From positions 1 to 57,998 of the forward strand of contig NKIB01013413.1 of assembly GCA_002256025.1 (NCBI GenBank): 57,998 bases of DNA, given 5' to 3'. Both the position numbers and the translations under genes were made by a program. Each line of letters opens with the position of its first letter. The first letter of the stretch is position 1. Positions 35,101 to 46,680 of the stretch are shown here, one piece after another. The notes below the pieces were generated by a model that saw only the letters and a program-made list of their open reading frames with translations, did no database searches and was not told the origin of the DNA. The DNA comes from Asterionella formosa (lineage: Eukaryota).

Positions 35101-35652
35101 AGTTTCTAGGTTTGGGAAATCTATAGAATATGCGAATTTTGTTACACAGAAATAGCCGTTGCGTGTATTCGCGTCCATCTGATGATCATGTCATTGTCGT
35201 CAGTAGAAAATAGGAGCTGCAACCAAAGTTACTTTCTTTTCGGAAAGGCTATAATTTGTCTACAATGATTCATTTATCAAATAAAATTGGGTTAACAAAG
35301 CAAAGGATCAGAAACATTGGTAGATATGTTTTATATACTGGTACTACCCGGAGTTCTATAGAAAAAAGAGGCGCATACCGGTACTATATTAGTGTTCATC
35401 GAATATCGTTGTAGTCACTCGAAAATGAGAGGTATTTCCGAGATACTTCAAATAGTCAACAGTGATATCTCTAGCAAGTGGCTAGCATTAGGGAAAGTAG
35501 CAATGGATGGCTGTGTAGCTGTGTTAAATCGAATTGAATGAGATAATTTATTTTGTGGTTTTACAAATGATGGGTCGAATATCTATATCGTTGTCTCTTG
35601 CTATAAAACAAATACCAGTACATAATCGCTATTTAATCGATGCATAGCTACT

Positions 35653-35946
35653 GTAAGAAACATTCATGGTTTCGGGAGTCCACAGATTTTTAATGGAGGC
35701 CCAATAGAAAAGAATCTTAAATTCTTGTGTAAATTACCAGCCAGGACCTCCCAGAAACGCAAAAGTGTGATGGATATTCAAAGTGGGGCGAGAATGGTGG
35801 AGAACATGGTGATCGGAACCGCTTGTAGTCAGTTTCTTGGCGAAGATATTGAAGAATTACAGGACAAGTTGGAAGCTGTCCCAGTTGACATTGGAATTGT
35901 GAAATCCAAAACAGGAGGTTCTCGATATTCTCTTTTGATCAAGTAG
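35653..35946 (+). mobile_element. Fragment resembling the C-terminal part of a Plavaka-type transposase
   Basis: VRNIHGFGSPQIFNGGPIEKNLKFLCKLPARTSQKR..DIQSGARMVE resembles the I..FG.P.NF....E..H....K.P...T.R block recalled from Plavaka transposases. There is no intact upstream ORF. Confidence 0.5.
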
Positions 35947-36199
35947 CATTTGCAAAACCAGTCGCAGCCGCTCTGCCTGAGCAATCCTGTTTCATTCTTG
36001 ATTTGCTTGATGATATGATAGCATAAAGCAACTGATAAAAGAAATGTTTAAAAAAACTGGTAGATGAAGATGTGGAAATGATTCATATTACTACAAAAGA
36101 AACAAACAAGGGAAGTAACATGATATAATTATTAATTTTGATAGAACTCATTAATCTCCTCGATTTACTAGTAAGGTAGTAGGAGATGCTAAGCATGAT

Positions 36200-39100
36200 T
36201 TACTCATTTACTAACATTGCAGACGATTCATAGTCGGAATCATCCACTTTGGATTGGTCCTCCTCATCTAACTTGGAATCAGATTTTTCCCCACCAGTAG
36301 AGTTTTCACAACTAGTTGAGGACACAGCAGAAGACGAGGTTTCAGAGGAGGATTGTGTTGTAGATTGAGAACGTGAAAGATTCTCGCCATCAGCAGGGAC
36401 ATGGATGAGAACTTTTACTGGGATGGAAACATTCTCAGAAAGAATAGAATATTTCTGAAGGCCTTTTTGGGGCATCGTATTATGTATTTCTTTTTTAGCA
36501 ACAATAATCTCATTCTTTGAAAAGACAGGTGGGATAGTAGGTTGGATTCGTTGTCAATACTTCTCAATAGACTTGAGAAATTCCAAAGAAGGAACATTCT
36601 CTGAGAAAATGGAGGAACTATCTTTGTCTTGGCTTTGCGTATTCGGTTTGTTGTTGGTTTGCTTTGTTGTAGACACAGGTTTCGGACCAGGTTTGACATG
36701 ATCCTGCTGGAGGGGGGGGGGGGGGGATTTTTTTATTTTTTTTTGTTAGCCATGGTTTCACCGAAAGTTTTATCTAGGTATCTATCTCGCTGGAGGGTAG
36801 GATGTGGAAACTTCTCGACCTGCTTATGATCCTTGTTGTTGACCCCAGCCACCTTCATATTCGATTTTTTAACAGACTTGAGAGAAATTCTAAAGAAGAA
36901 CAATCCTCTGAGACAATGGAAAATTCTCTGATTGAACTGCTGATTCAATAACTGAATCATGAGTAATATTTGAATCATAATTCTTGGCGGTCGAGTCGAA
37001 TCTCAAGTGGACAGGATTTTTGACTGGACTAGGAACATTGTTTAGCAAAGCTGGTGGAGTTGTGAGCATAGTATCTTTGGCCTTTAAAATGTTCTTTTTC
37101 TTGGTGACCATGATTTCTTGCTCGATTTTTATGCCCCTTATTGTTAATGCTGTGCAAAGGTGGTGAAGGTAGGACCGGAACATCAATAACTCTCTTGGAG
37201 TCATCCCTGTTGGAAACGCCAAAAGTAGGCGGGTCTGGAAAAATTTGCATCCACTTAGCACTTGCTCTCTTCCACACCCTTTTTCCCGGTGATAGGCGTC
37301 TTGCTATTCTTTTTCGTCAAAACTTCAATTGACGATGGGGACATACTTGTTCTGCATACTACAAGCACTCCTGGCGAAATTGGTAGTAGGCTGCATCAGT
37401 CTGATAGAGCAAGCTTGAAATATTTGCTGTGTTTGTGACACTTTTTTTACTGCCTTGAGTGCTGAACCTTTGAGTGGTGATTGCTTGGCGTGAGCCAAGA
37501 GGTCCTCCTTGACTAACTTGCTTCGACCTTATTCCACGGTGGGACAGGATGAGTTCCAGCTTAATCACATTCTGGTTACTTTTGTCGAAATTGACAACAG
37601 AAGGTAGTTCAGGATTGACACAATGGAGGAGGTCACTCTTTGATACAGTTGCCTTTGCCTCACTACTATCATCATCTGTTAGACTAATCACATCATGACA
37701 TTGTCCTTGGAAGAAATTCGTGATCTCTTGGAAGTAGAACTAGAAGGGGGCCAGGACGCTTTCGACCATTTTGTGATTATTGGCACAGCAACTTGTTTGG
37801 ACTCCGGTTTGGACACCATTTTGCTGGAAGTGGCAGCTGATTTGGAATCCGGTTTGGATTCATTTTTCCTGTTTATGCCAGCTGGTTGAGAGTCTGGTTT
37901 CGATACTTTTTTGCTGGGAATTGCGGCTGGTTTGTAGTCTGATTCAGATTCTTCGTAAGGACTAGTTACAAGCATTGATGCAACAACTAGGCTCCTGGCT
38001 GTTGACTTCGCAGCATTGTAAGCACTTGCCTTGTATGTGACGGCTTTGTTAGCATCTTGTTTGGTAGTAGCCTTGGCAGAAGGCTTGAGTGCAACAGCTT
38101 TCGCAGCAACAGTTCTTGGAGGAGCCTTCGCCCTCATCTTTGCAGCTTTCGTTGGAAAACCCTTCTGTTACACTCAGGATCGTGTTGATCCTGCTGTAGT
38201 TATAGATGCAGCCTTCTGTATAGTGCCTCTCTTCGCACGCTTTCCTAACGCATAAGAAGGAGTTTCGAAGCGGGCATACTCTGACCTGATAGCTGCCTTG
38301 TTCGCATTCATCAACTCTGTCAGGCGATGAATGCATAAAAAGAAATGTGTGAATGAATAAATGATACAGCATATACAGTAAACAAAAAAGCCTTTTGGTT
38401 GCTTGTAGATGAAACCCCCAATTGGAAGAAACATCGAGTACACATAGGCTTGCTCTTCCAATTGATAATCAAGGAGATCAGAATGAGTGGTTGAAGGAAG
38501 ACTCCCAGCTAAATTTGTTCGCAAATGCATGATAGGGAATGTCTCGAAATTGGCTGGTTCTGGCATATCAGGTACATAATTGTATGAATCAACTTCGCCA
38601 TTGTTCTTGTTCCTCTCATCATGAAGAAGATCTTCAAGATGATGATTGATCCTGTCCATCCAAGAATGGGATTCCAGTGTCTAGCTAAAATCCTAAGGAT
38701 TTATACCACTCAAACGCATCGCCCAGGACCTAGGCCAAAACTGGTTGATGTTGGAAAGGACATCCTGGGTATGTACGCACAGTTCCAGCAGGCTTCCTCA
38801 TCGATATGAAGACGAGTAGGAGCAGCTTGGATCATCAATAGACCCATGCCACGTTCTTTGTGCCTGTGCAAATCATGGGTTGAGTATTGATAACTTGTCA
38901 CTAGATATTGAATACAAGCAATAGGAGTTGGAAACTCTTTTTCCTCTACAACAACCATAGCTACGGGCTTGAACTTCTTCTACAAGTTCTCCCTCTCTTC
39001 AATGGTAATGACGACGTTGGCATGACATTTCTTCTGCAGCTGATTTGCATATAATGCTTGGTTGGTAACAACGGAATTCCAATCATTACCAAACTATGAT

Positions 39101-39860
39101 TTGGACAAGAAACTCATAATCTCACTGATTTCCTAAGGGATTTTAGAGGTGGCGAAGGTGTCAAGGGGAATTTGGGTAATCCTAGCTTAACACTTGTACT
39201 GCCTACTATCATCAGCATTAGGGTCATGTAATTTGATGCGACCAATGTACAATCTTCCTAGTAGGGGAGCCACAACACTTTTACTCACATGATTGAAAAA
39301 AGCAAGAAAATAGAGAAGTGGATAATCCACATGAGTCCTGTATCCCTCGTGGATCAGACTCATGGACTCAGGGCGGCTGAAGGGAACCAACCAAAAGCGT
39401 CAAGGGATAAAGGACTCATTCTCATACACGTTGATCAATCGAAGAAAGAGTTCCTTCATGGACAATTCAGGATCTCTCTGGAAATCCTTGAGCATCCCAA
39501 TCTCAAGTTACTTGTCCATACTGTCGCAAGTACTCTTAACCTGGTCAGCAGTGAAAAGAGCACTGAAGCTCTTCTTGATATGTTAATGAGGATACATAGT
39601 ATCATCATCACCATAGTACTAAGCCCTGCGATCCTCGAAAGGATAGAAACCATCGGAAATCTTGGCTGGTCTGTTCTTGTGCGAGAAAGAAGTCTCGAAA
39701 GGAGAAAGGAAGGAGACAATAGGAAAATGAGGCAATTGTTGCGAAAACAATTAGAGAAACATAGAGTCACGTGAGGACGGCTGGCAAACAGGCAGCCAGT
39801 AGTTGCAATATTTTGTGTCCAAATCCTACCTGTACTAGATAAAAAATACAAGACAAATTC
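36200..39860 (-). pseudogene. Long decayed minus-strand coding region of unknown family, probably TE-associated
   Basis: A chain of co-oriented ORF pieces broken by stops and frameshifts, including a K/A/S-rich SKPE/DSK repeat segment at 37688-38137. Confidence 0.45.
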
Positions 39861-39868
39861 TTGGAGTA

Positions 39869-40335
39869 NNNNNNNNNNNNNNNNNNNNNNNNNNNNNNNN
39901 NNNNNNNNNNNNNNNNNNNNNNNNNNNNNNNNNNNNNNNNNNNNNNNNNNNNNNNNNNNNNNNNNNNNNNNNNNNNNNNNNNNNNNNNNNNNNNNNNNNN
40001 NNNNNNNNNNNNNNNNNNNNNNNNNNNNNNNNNNNNNNNNNNNNNNNNNNNNNNNNNNNNNNNNNNNNNNNNNNNNNNNNNNNNNNNNNNNNNNNNNNNN
40101 NNNNNNNNNNNNNNNNNNNNNNNNNNNNNNNNNNNNNNNNNNNNNNNNNNNNNNNNNNNNNNNNNNNNNNNNNNNNNNNNNNNNNNNNNNNNNNNNNNNN
40201 NNNNNNNNNNNNNNNNNNNNNNNNNNNNNNNNNNNNNNNNNNNNNNNNNNNNNNNNNNNNNNNNNNNNNNNNNNNNNNNNNNNNNNNNNNNNNNNNNNNN
40301 NNNNNNNNNNNNNNNNNNNNNNNNNNNNNNNNNNN
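39869..40335. other. Assembly gap
   Basis: Run of N. Confidence 1.
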
Positions 40336-40501
40336 GTCAAGAAACATATTCCGGAGCTCTCTCGGGCTGAGACTTCCTCTGAGAACAGATATTGCTTTCC
40401 TCAGCAGTGATGAGGATGAAAGTCTCATTTTATCAACTGATGGAAAGAAAAACATTTCCACTATTTCTGATAACAAGAAGTAAATTGAAACAAACGTTTC
40501 C

Positions 40502-41588
40502 TTGTTAGAGTTCCCTCAATCTGAGTTGGAGAAAAGTAGAAAGACGATTGAAGAGCTTCGCGAAGTAACAGAGAATCAAAGACTTCAACCTTCTGGTGCC
40601 CATGACATTGGAAGAGATAAGAATTGGACCCGAAATGTCGGTCAATGGGTCAAACTTGAACTTTTTCCAAAAGTCAAGTTTATCTCAGGTGATATTGACC
40701 TTGAGGAAAGGGGACCAACTAGTCTGGCACTCTCATTTCGTGCTCACTTCCCAAACCTATTCATGAGAACTGATAATGACTTCGAGTCAATATGGCAGAC
40801 ATGCAAGAATGATATTAAAAAAGTGATGTCTGAAAAAGGAAATGTCATCGTTGCCACTCTCAAGCATGCCTTTGCTAGTAAGTGAACAACTTGACTTGGT
40901 ATGCCTGATTTCTTCTTGACTTGTTCAACAGCAACTCCTTGTTTACTAACAAATCATTCCATTCCAATCTACAAAACTTCAGGACTATTTCGTGATGGTA
41001 AGGACATTCATCAGAATAAGCATACCATTTCTTCCAACAGCCGTTCTTTTTCTATTCAGGAGACAGCTGATGAAGAAAAGAGACAAGAATCATCCTTTCT
41101 TCCTTCTAGTTGAGTACTTTTATTCCAGGGTTGGGCGAAAGCTGTCTTGGAGACGACAGTGTGCTAAGAAGTATGTCAGTGACATTGTAAGTGTTTCTGA
41201 CGAGGTCTTTTCCTTGTTGGTCTTGGAGATTGTAAGTGTTTCTGACAAGGTCTTTTCCTTGTTGATCTTGGAGAATTGTTCGGATTTCTGGTTGCATAAG
41301 GCAATGATGAAGGGTGATGACGATGATACTCCTGCACGAAAATACGTGTATACCGGCACTGGAGGACATGGAAAGAGATATGGGGACTGGGATGCAAAGG
41401 GATATGCCAGGTTCAACAGTCTGTATGACATAGTTGTTCATCAAAGGACAACTGCCATGAGAAGACAGTTGGAGATCAGCTTTAAGTCCAATCTTCTTGT
41501 TTTGGCTGGAGCTCCACAAGGTAAGTCACTTCGGGGAACAGAAAGTGATATTGTTGAACTGAGGTTAATGGAAATTTTGGCTAACTGA
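40502..41588 (+). pseudogene. Disrupted accessory-type gene of a diatom repeat family (VSDE.F.LL.LEN...W...YT...G.W...G..RFN.L)
   Basis: Putative intron 40878-40982 followed by a frameshift. An internal 45-nt tandem duplication encodes IVSVSDEVFSLLVLE and IVSVSDKVFSLLILE. The association with Plavaka-like TEs is recalled, not tested. Confidence 0.5.
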
Positions 41589-42272
41589 TGGACATTTTCA
41601 TTGAAGCTACCCCAGGAAACAACAGTGTGCCTGCCATTAGAGTTCCTAATGATCTATTGGCCATTTTTCTTCCAGTGATCACAACTCCGGCATCTTGATT
41701 GACTCCACAAGTTCTTATTTCAGGAAGAACTTAAATGGTAACAACTAGTAGTACTAAGAGTGCAAAGAGTTCGAACGTGATCATTCATTTTCCCCCAGAC
41801 CAAGTCAAGGGAGCCACAGGTTGGTACTCCTTCCAAGAGATGAAGAAAAAGATGTATGTGGAGCTTCGGATGAAGAAAAAGAGTGAAATCTAAAAGGCTT
41901 GTGCTGATCAGAACATCGCACCCCCATGACTTTTTGGAGATGAAATTAATGAAGGGAGGATGACTGATGAGAGGTACATTAAGAAATTCGAGATTTACGC
42001 AAAGTTGCACAGGGACTTTTACAGGTTCAAGAAAAGCAAATTAGACGAAGAATCAGTGGAGGTGACTCACCGACACATTTCTTTGATCTAAACTTGCAAA
42101 GAACAACACATGCAAGAGGAAGATTCACACAGTCGAATTCAGCACACCACGTAGTAGTACTTGCTGTTGTACACACATTGTTTAGTCATTGTTGATTGTA
42201 GAATTTACAATTGCCTGCCAGATTATAAATAAAGCACCGTCGGTCCTTGTTGAGCATCAACGAGCCTTGCAA

Positions 42273-42813
42273 GTCGCCGTAGTGAGTCCAAATTGAGATG
42301 TGCCGCAATGGCCATCTCCTTTTTGGAGCGGCTACAAATAGTCTGCAGCGATAAATTTAGCAAGCACAATGTAGAAAAAAGAAGCAGAGGAGGAGCAACT
42401 GTCAATGATTGAATTCGCAAATTCGTTTAGAAACTGCTGTTGCATATTTTAACCTTCAATGCATGTCGCCATAGTGAATCTACATTGAAATGTGCCTCAA
42501 TGGCCTTCTCAATTTCAGAGCAGCTACAAATAGTAGTATACATCGATATCTCTAGCTAGTAGCTACAATGTAGAAAAAGCAGCTGATGAGTACCGGTATC
42601 TGTCAAAGATTGAATTCGTAAATTTGTTTAGGAACAGCTGTTGCATATTTTAACATTCAATGCATGTCGTCGCCATAGTGAGTCAAAATGGAGATGTGCC
42701 GCAATGGCCTCCGGTTCTGAGCACCTGGCTATAGTCTGAAGCGATAGCTTTAGCAAGCCAAATATAGAAAAATATGCAAAGTATGAGTAGCTGTAAACGA
42801 TTGAATTCGTAAA
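42273..42813 (+). repeat. Three diverged tandem units (period 192 and 204 bp); decayed 64-codon protein repeat
   Basis: Units start GTCGCC.TAGTGA at 42273, 42465 and 42669. They share GATTGAATTCG.AAAT and translate as R(H/R)SES.L.CA.MA....E.LQIV. Confidence 0.85.
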
Positions 42814-42984
42814 TCAGTAATATTAGCAATAATTTTGGTTCCTAGTTCATTTGCCATTTGACATTCACGGTCAATTCGTCAGAATTGAAATTCATGTTCA
42901 CTAAACTGGAGTGAACTTCAATTGTCTTGCAACATCTTTCATTGACCGTTTGAAATACTCATATTCACTCCTAGTTTCATTTAC

Positions 42985-43249
42985 CACAAGATTCAGCATA
43001 GGGGAAGAAAAGGGCGAGACAGGAATATACATTGAGACAAGTGGAGAGAAACACTCCTTTGCTTGGGTATCTGTCAAAACAGAAACATCATTGTTAAATT
43101 TGTTAATTAAATTATGATCCATTCCAATCCTTTTTGAACAATGCTTGTGATTAGAACTATGATCATGTTTAGGATAGATTAACGATGAAACAATTCACAT
43201 GATAGCTAGCATAGAGTTGAGCTGATTTTAGGATGCATTGTAGTAATAA
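42985..43249 (-). repeat. Right arm of the ~265-bp inverted repeat pair
   Basis: Reverse-complement match to 27808-28071. Confidence 0.9.
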
Positions 43250-43512
43250 TTTACATTTGGCGGTCACGAGAAGTGAATATGATATGAGAAGGTTTATTTT
43301 ATTGATGAGAGATGTTTTTGATCAGTTGCTATATATTTGTGATGATAATGTTCTTATTATCATTATTCTTCAAGTTCAGTAAAATATTAATAAATCATCA
43401 TAGTTATAGGATACCTTGATCATAGTTTGGATCCAAAAATTATCATATATACGAAAATCCTGTGCCACTTAGCGCATGATACCCTTGATCCTATATGCAT
43501 GATACTTTTTAT

Positions 43513-44897
43513 TCACAGATGATCCCAGATATCTTCAACGAGGAGTTCCGCCTCTGCACCATTCACAACAATAAGCCGTATCCCTACAGGATTTATACCT
43601 GGTGGAAGATTATTGACAAGTGCGTATGTCATCTGGATTCGTTGTGATGGTAGCTAGCTTGCGTCCTGGTAAGAAGCCCGCCCTGTAGACTTGGCTCCAA
43701 AATCGCCCAAAGGAGTGGAGGTGCCTGTGTCAGTGCCACATTTTGTGGAAACTCCACGCATATACACTATTTGGCACGATATATTTTAGAAGCCAATCAT
43801 CAGACACACCACTTTCCTCATTCAGTATATACTTGCATGGGCCACCAAGAATACAAAGGGCTGCCGCAACCTTGCTTGGCGTCTGGAAATGGTAGCTCAA
43901 CATCAATGTAAGTGTCAACTTTTTCTGTGCGCCGTTTCCAGCATCCATGAAAGGCAACATCATCCCGGGAGCAACCATTTCGTCATCTATGTGTTGACGG
44001 GTAATTAAGAAGGCTGTGTGCTGTGCCAATCAAACCATTGTTCAGTTGTTTGAACTCACAACTTTGCCATGCATCTTCGCACAGAATTGTATCTTTCTTT
44101 CTTTCTTTCAGCATTCTATGGATTATTGGCTCTTAGCGAAAACACCCATGGATTATCGGCTGATGCTCCTTGCTCCATACATTCTGACTCAAGGTGAAAG
44201 GCCAAGTCAAGGGGAACGCAATAGTATTGCAACATAGATGCAATGAGTAGTATCTTCTTTAGTAGCGTTTTCTGTCCAACACAGCTGGCCACCAGAGTGA
44301 AAGGAAATCGAATATTTGCAGTTAGTTTTATTCCTATTAATTACACACAATTGTGAATTTGGTCAACCATGTGCAATTGAAAGGCACACAGAACAGGCAA
44401 CTGATACCACGAATGAGTGAAGGACATACATTCTTGTATTGGAGAACTCTTGAGATTCTAGTAGTGGTCGCCTTACCTGTGATGATTTCCCTTGTCTGCG
44501 GACTTCATTCATTTTTACCGCCTTGATGATGTTATTGACAGGCACAGAATTTGTTGGATTGCCACTGTGCATAAGAGCATTCCAAGTGGAGAGTCGATTC
44601 AGCATAAAATAGGACAACAATGCCTTTTTGTTGTAGTGGTATTCCAGGGAAGAAGGCTAGCCATGTGTTGGTTTTTCATCATTGTTTAGATCAGGACAGC
44701 CATACACTTTCATGGCCATCAATTTGTAGACATCCTCAGATGTCACTTCCCCAAGCTCCTCTGGACTTAACTCATAGCTTTTAGAGTATTCTATGCCATC
44801 TATGTATGATGTCATAGCAATACTAACAAGGACACTCTTGTGAACAGGGCTGGGATTGTGTAGGTTCATTTACTCTTCTTGTTGACATTGTTGCCAT
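43513..44897 (-). mobile_element. Decayed Crypton (CryptonS-like) tyrosine-recombinase transposon
   Basis: Across frameshifts: VTSEDVYKLMAMKVYG..., KKALLSYFM.NR...W...SGNPT.S.PVN.IIK.VK..EVRRQG..S..RRPL, GLIGT(A)HSL..YPST, RNGCSRDDV.FHG.WK...VDTYID.ELPFPDAK, VAAALC.GGP.KY and GVSDDWLL..IVP. These follow the order seen in oomycete/diatom Crypton proteins. Confidence 0.8.
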
Positions 44898-45244
44898 GTT
44901 GATTTTTAGTTTAATGTTTAAATATAATCCCATAACATACCATGTTGTAACATGGTAAAGTTTCTTGGGCATACCGTAGCATGGATGCTGCAGGGTTCCA
45001 TTGGCCTCCTGTTGGCGGCAGACAGAAGAATATTCTGCCAAAACATGAAAAAATTCTACAGCCAGTGCTACTTGGTAGAATTTTTGTCTTTCTCCATATC
45101 ATATTTTTACCACGAGGGTCAGTCAAGGAGGCAGGGGACTGGACAGTATTGACCTCCTGTCCAGAGCAGAACGCTACTAGTACTGGCATGGCTCTACAGG
45201 AAAATACTACTCTGGTACTAGAATCTCACCAATAATGTATATGT

Positions 45245-45372
45245 AGGAAAAAGAATATTTTGTCCCCTAGTCACCCAAACCCTAGACTCCTCCATGGTAG
45301 GAGTGCTGTAGCAGTTGAAGATAAGACTTAGAGATTAGGGTTAGGGTTAGGGGAACCAAATATCTTTTTCCT
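45245..45372. mobile_element. Small fold-back element with telomeric repeats in its arms
   Basis: AGGAAAAAGAATATTTTGTCCCCTAGTCACCCAAACCCTAG pairs imperfectly with TTAGGGTTAGGGTTAGGGGAACCAAATATCTTTTTCCT. (TTAGGG)3 lies at 45335-45352. Confidence 0.6.
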
Positions 45373-46680
45373 TTATGATACCAGTATATATATTACAATA
45401 TTTCTTTCTTCACTATGCACTTGATGGCAACAGTCATACCTGGTACTCTCGTGAATGATAATCTATTTTATAGCCCATTCCTACTCCCCTTTTTCAAGGG
45501 AAGTATCATTGATTGTGCTACCTGCTGACAACAAGACCTGTGCTTCCCTTGTTTTGTTAGCATAGGTGAGTCCCCAAACACCTTTCACCAAAGGTGATTG
45601 TCTTAGCTGCAGCAAGGTTTACTTTTGAAACTTGACTAGCCACATAAAAGCGTTAAAAGTAACCTTATTTTTGGGAAGAGTGGCATTAATTCATAGAAAG
45701 TAGTACCAAATAATTCAGACAGCTATGTAGATGAAATTTCGAGAAGTGGTGAATTTGTGGCTTAGATAATTATTCATGCCATTTAAACTGCTCGCTGAAC
45801 ATGGATTTGGCTTGATTATGGAGTGCATCCACTAGGGCTGTGCTGCTATTTGGGACAGGGACACTGTAACGAGGAACCAAAAATCAACACAGCCAGAAGC
45901 AGTTCTGCAGACCCATGACTGTTACTAGGGGCCAGCAGGGACAACAAATTCACTGGTTTAGAAGGCCCCTATATGTAGCTGAATACCTCACTATTTCAGG
46001 CAAACACGAGACTTCACTGCGGGAATCATGTTGAACTTCGTTCGCGCGATATATCTACTCCACTACAGTTAATACTGGTAGATTGAAATTACTCAACTCG
46101 TTTTATTTTTGGCGCGCTCCATAGTCGCTATGTAAAAATACGAAATAAAGCGAAATCAGGAAAGGGCATCATGGTCAAAACAAGCAATAAAATTATAGCT
46201 GACTTTTACATATACACTGGTGATACAATTTCAACTTTGGTACCAGATACCTGTACAATTTAGGTATACCCCTGGTTCTATTCTAGCGTAATGTCTGTTG
46301 TTGCTGCTATATGTACATATTGAAAAAAAAACCTGATAATGATTTTGTTATGATATACATAGTGAAGATAAAATAAGAGTATATGTGTACAAATTCCAGG
46401 CAAGCAATGCTGATCCGTCTAAAATTAATAAACAAATTCTATGCTGCAGGGCAGGGCAGATGCGGGATTGTTTGGCTGAGTTTTGGCTGGCTGTTGCGCT
46501 GTTACCCCCCCCTCCCCCGATGGACCACATACAACTTATTGCTGCACAATAATCATTTATACTCCTTATTATACCAACCACCACAGCATCCTTCAACCAC
46601 CCATCTTTTATTCAAACCAAGGCGTAGATTGATATTCGTCGACCCAGCCCCATCCTCTGTTGGAATGCAAATTATCTGAA

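Noticed and set aside
39456..40476. Long ORFs spanning N runs (also 54841-55653)
   Set aside because: Artefacts of assembly gaps.
45335..45352. True telomere or chromosome fusion point
   Set aside because: Only three units, internal, and part of an inverted-repeat element.
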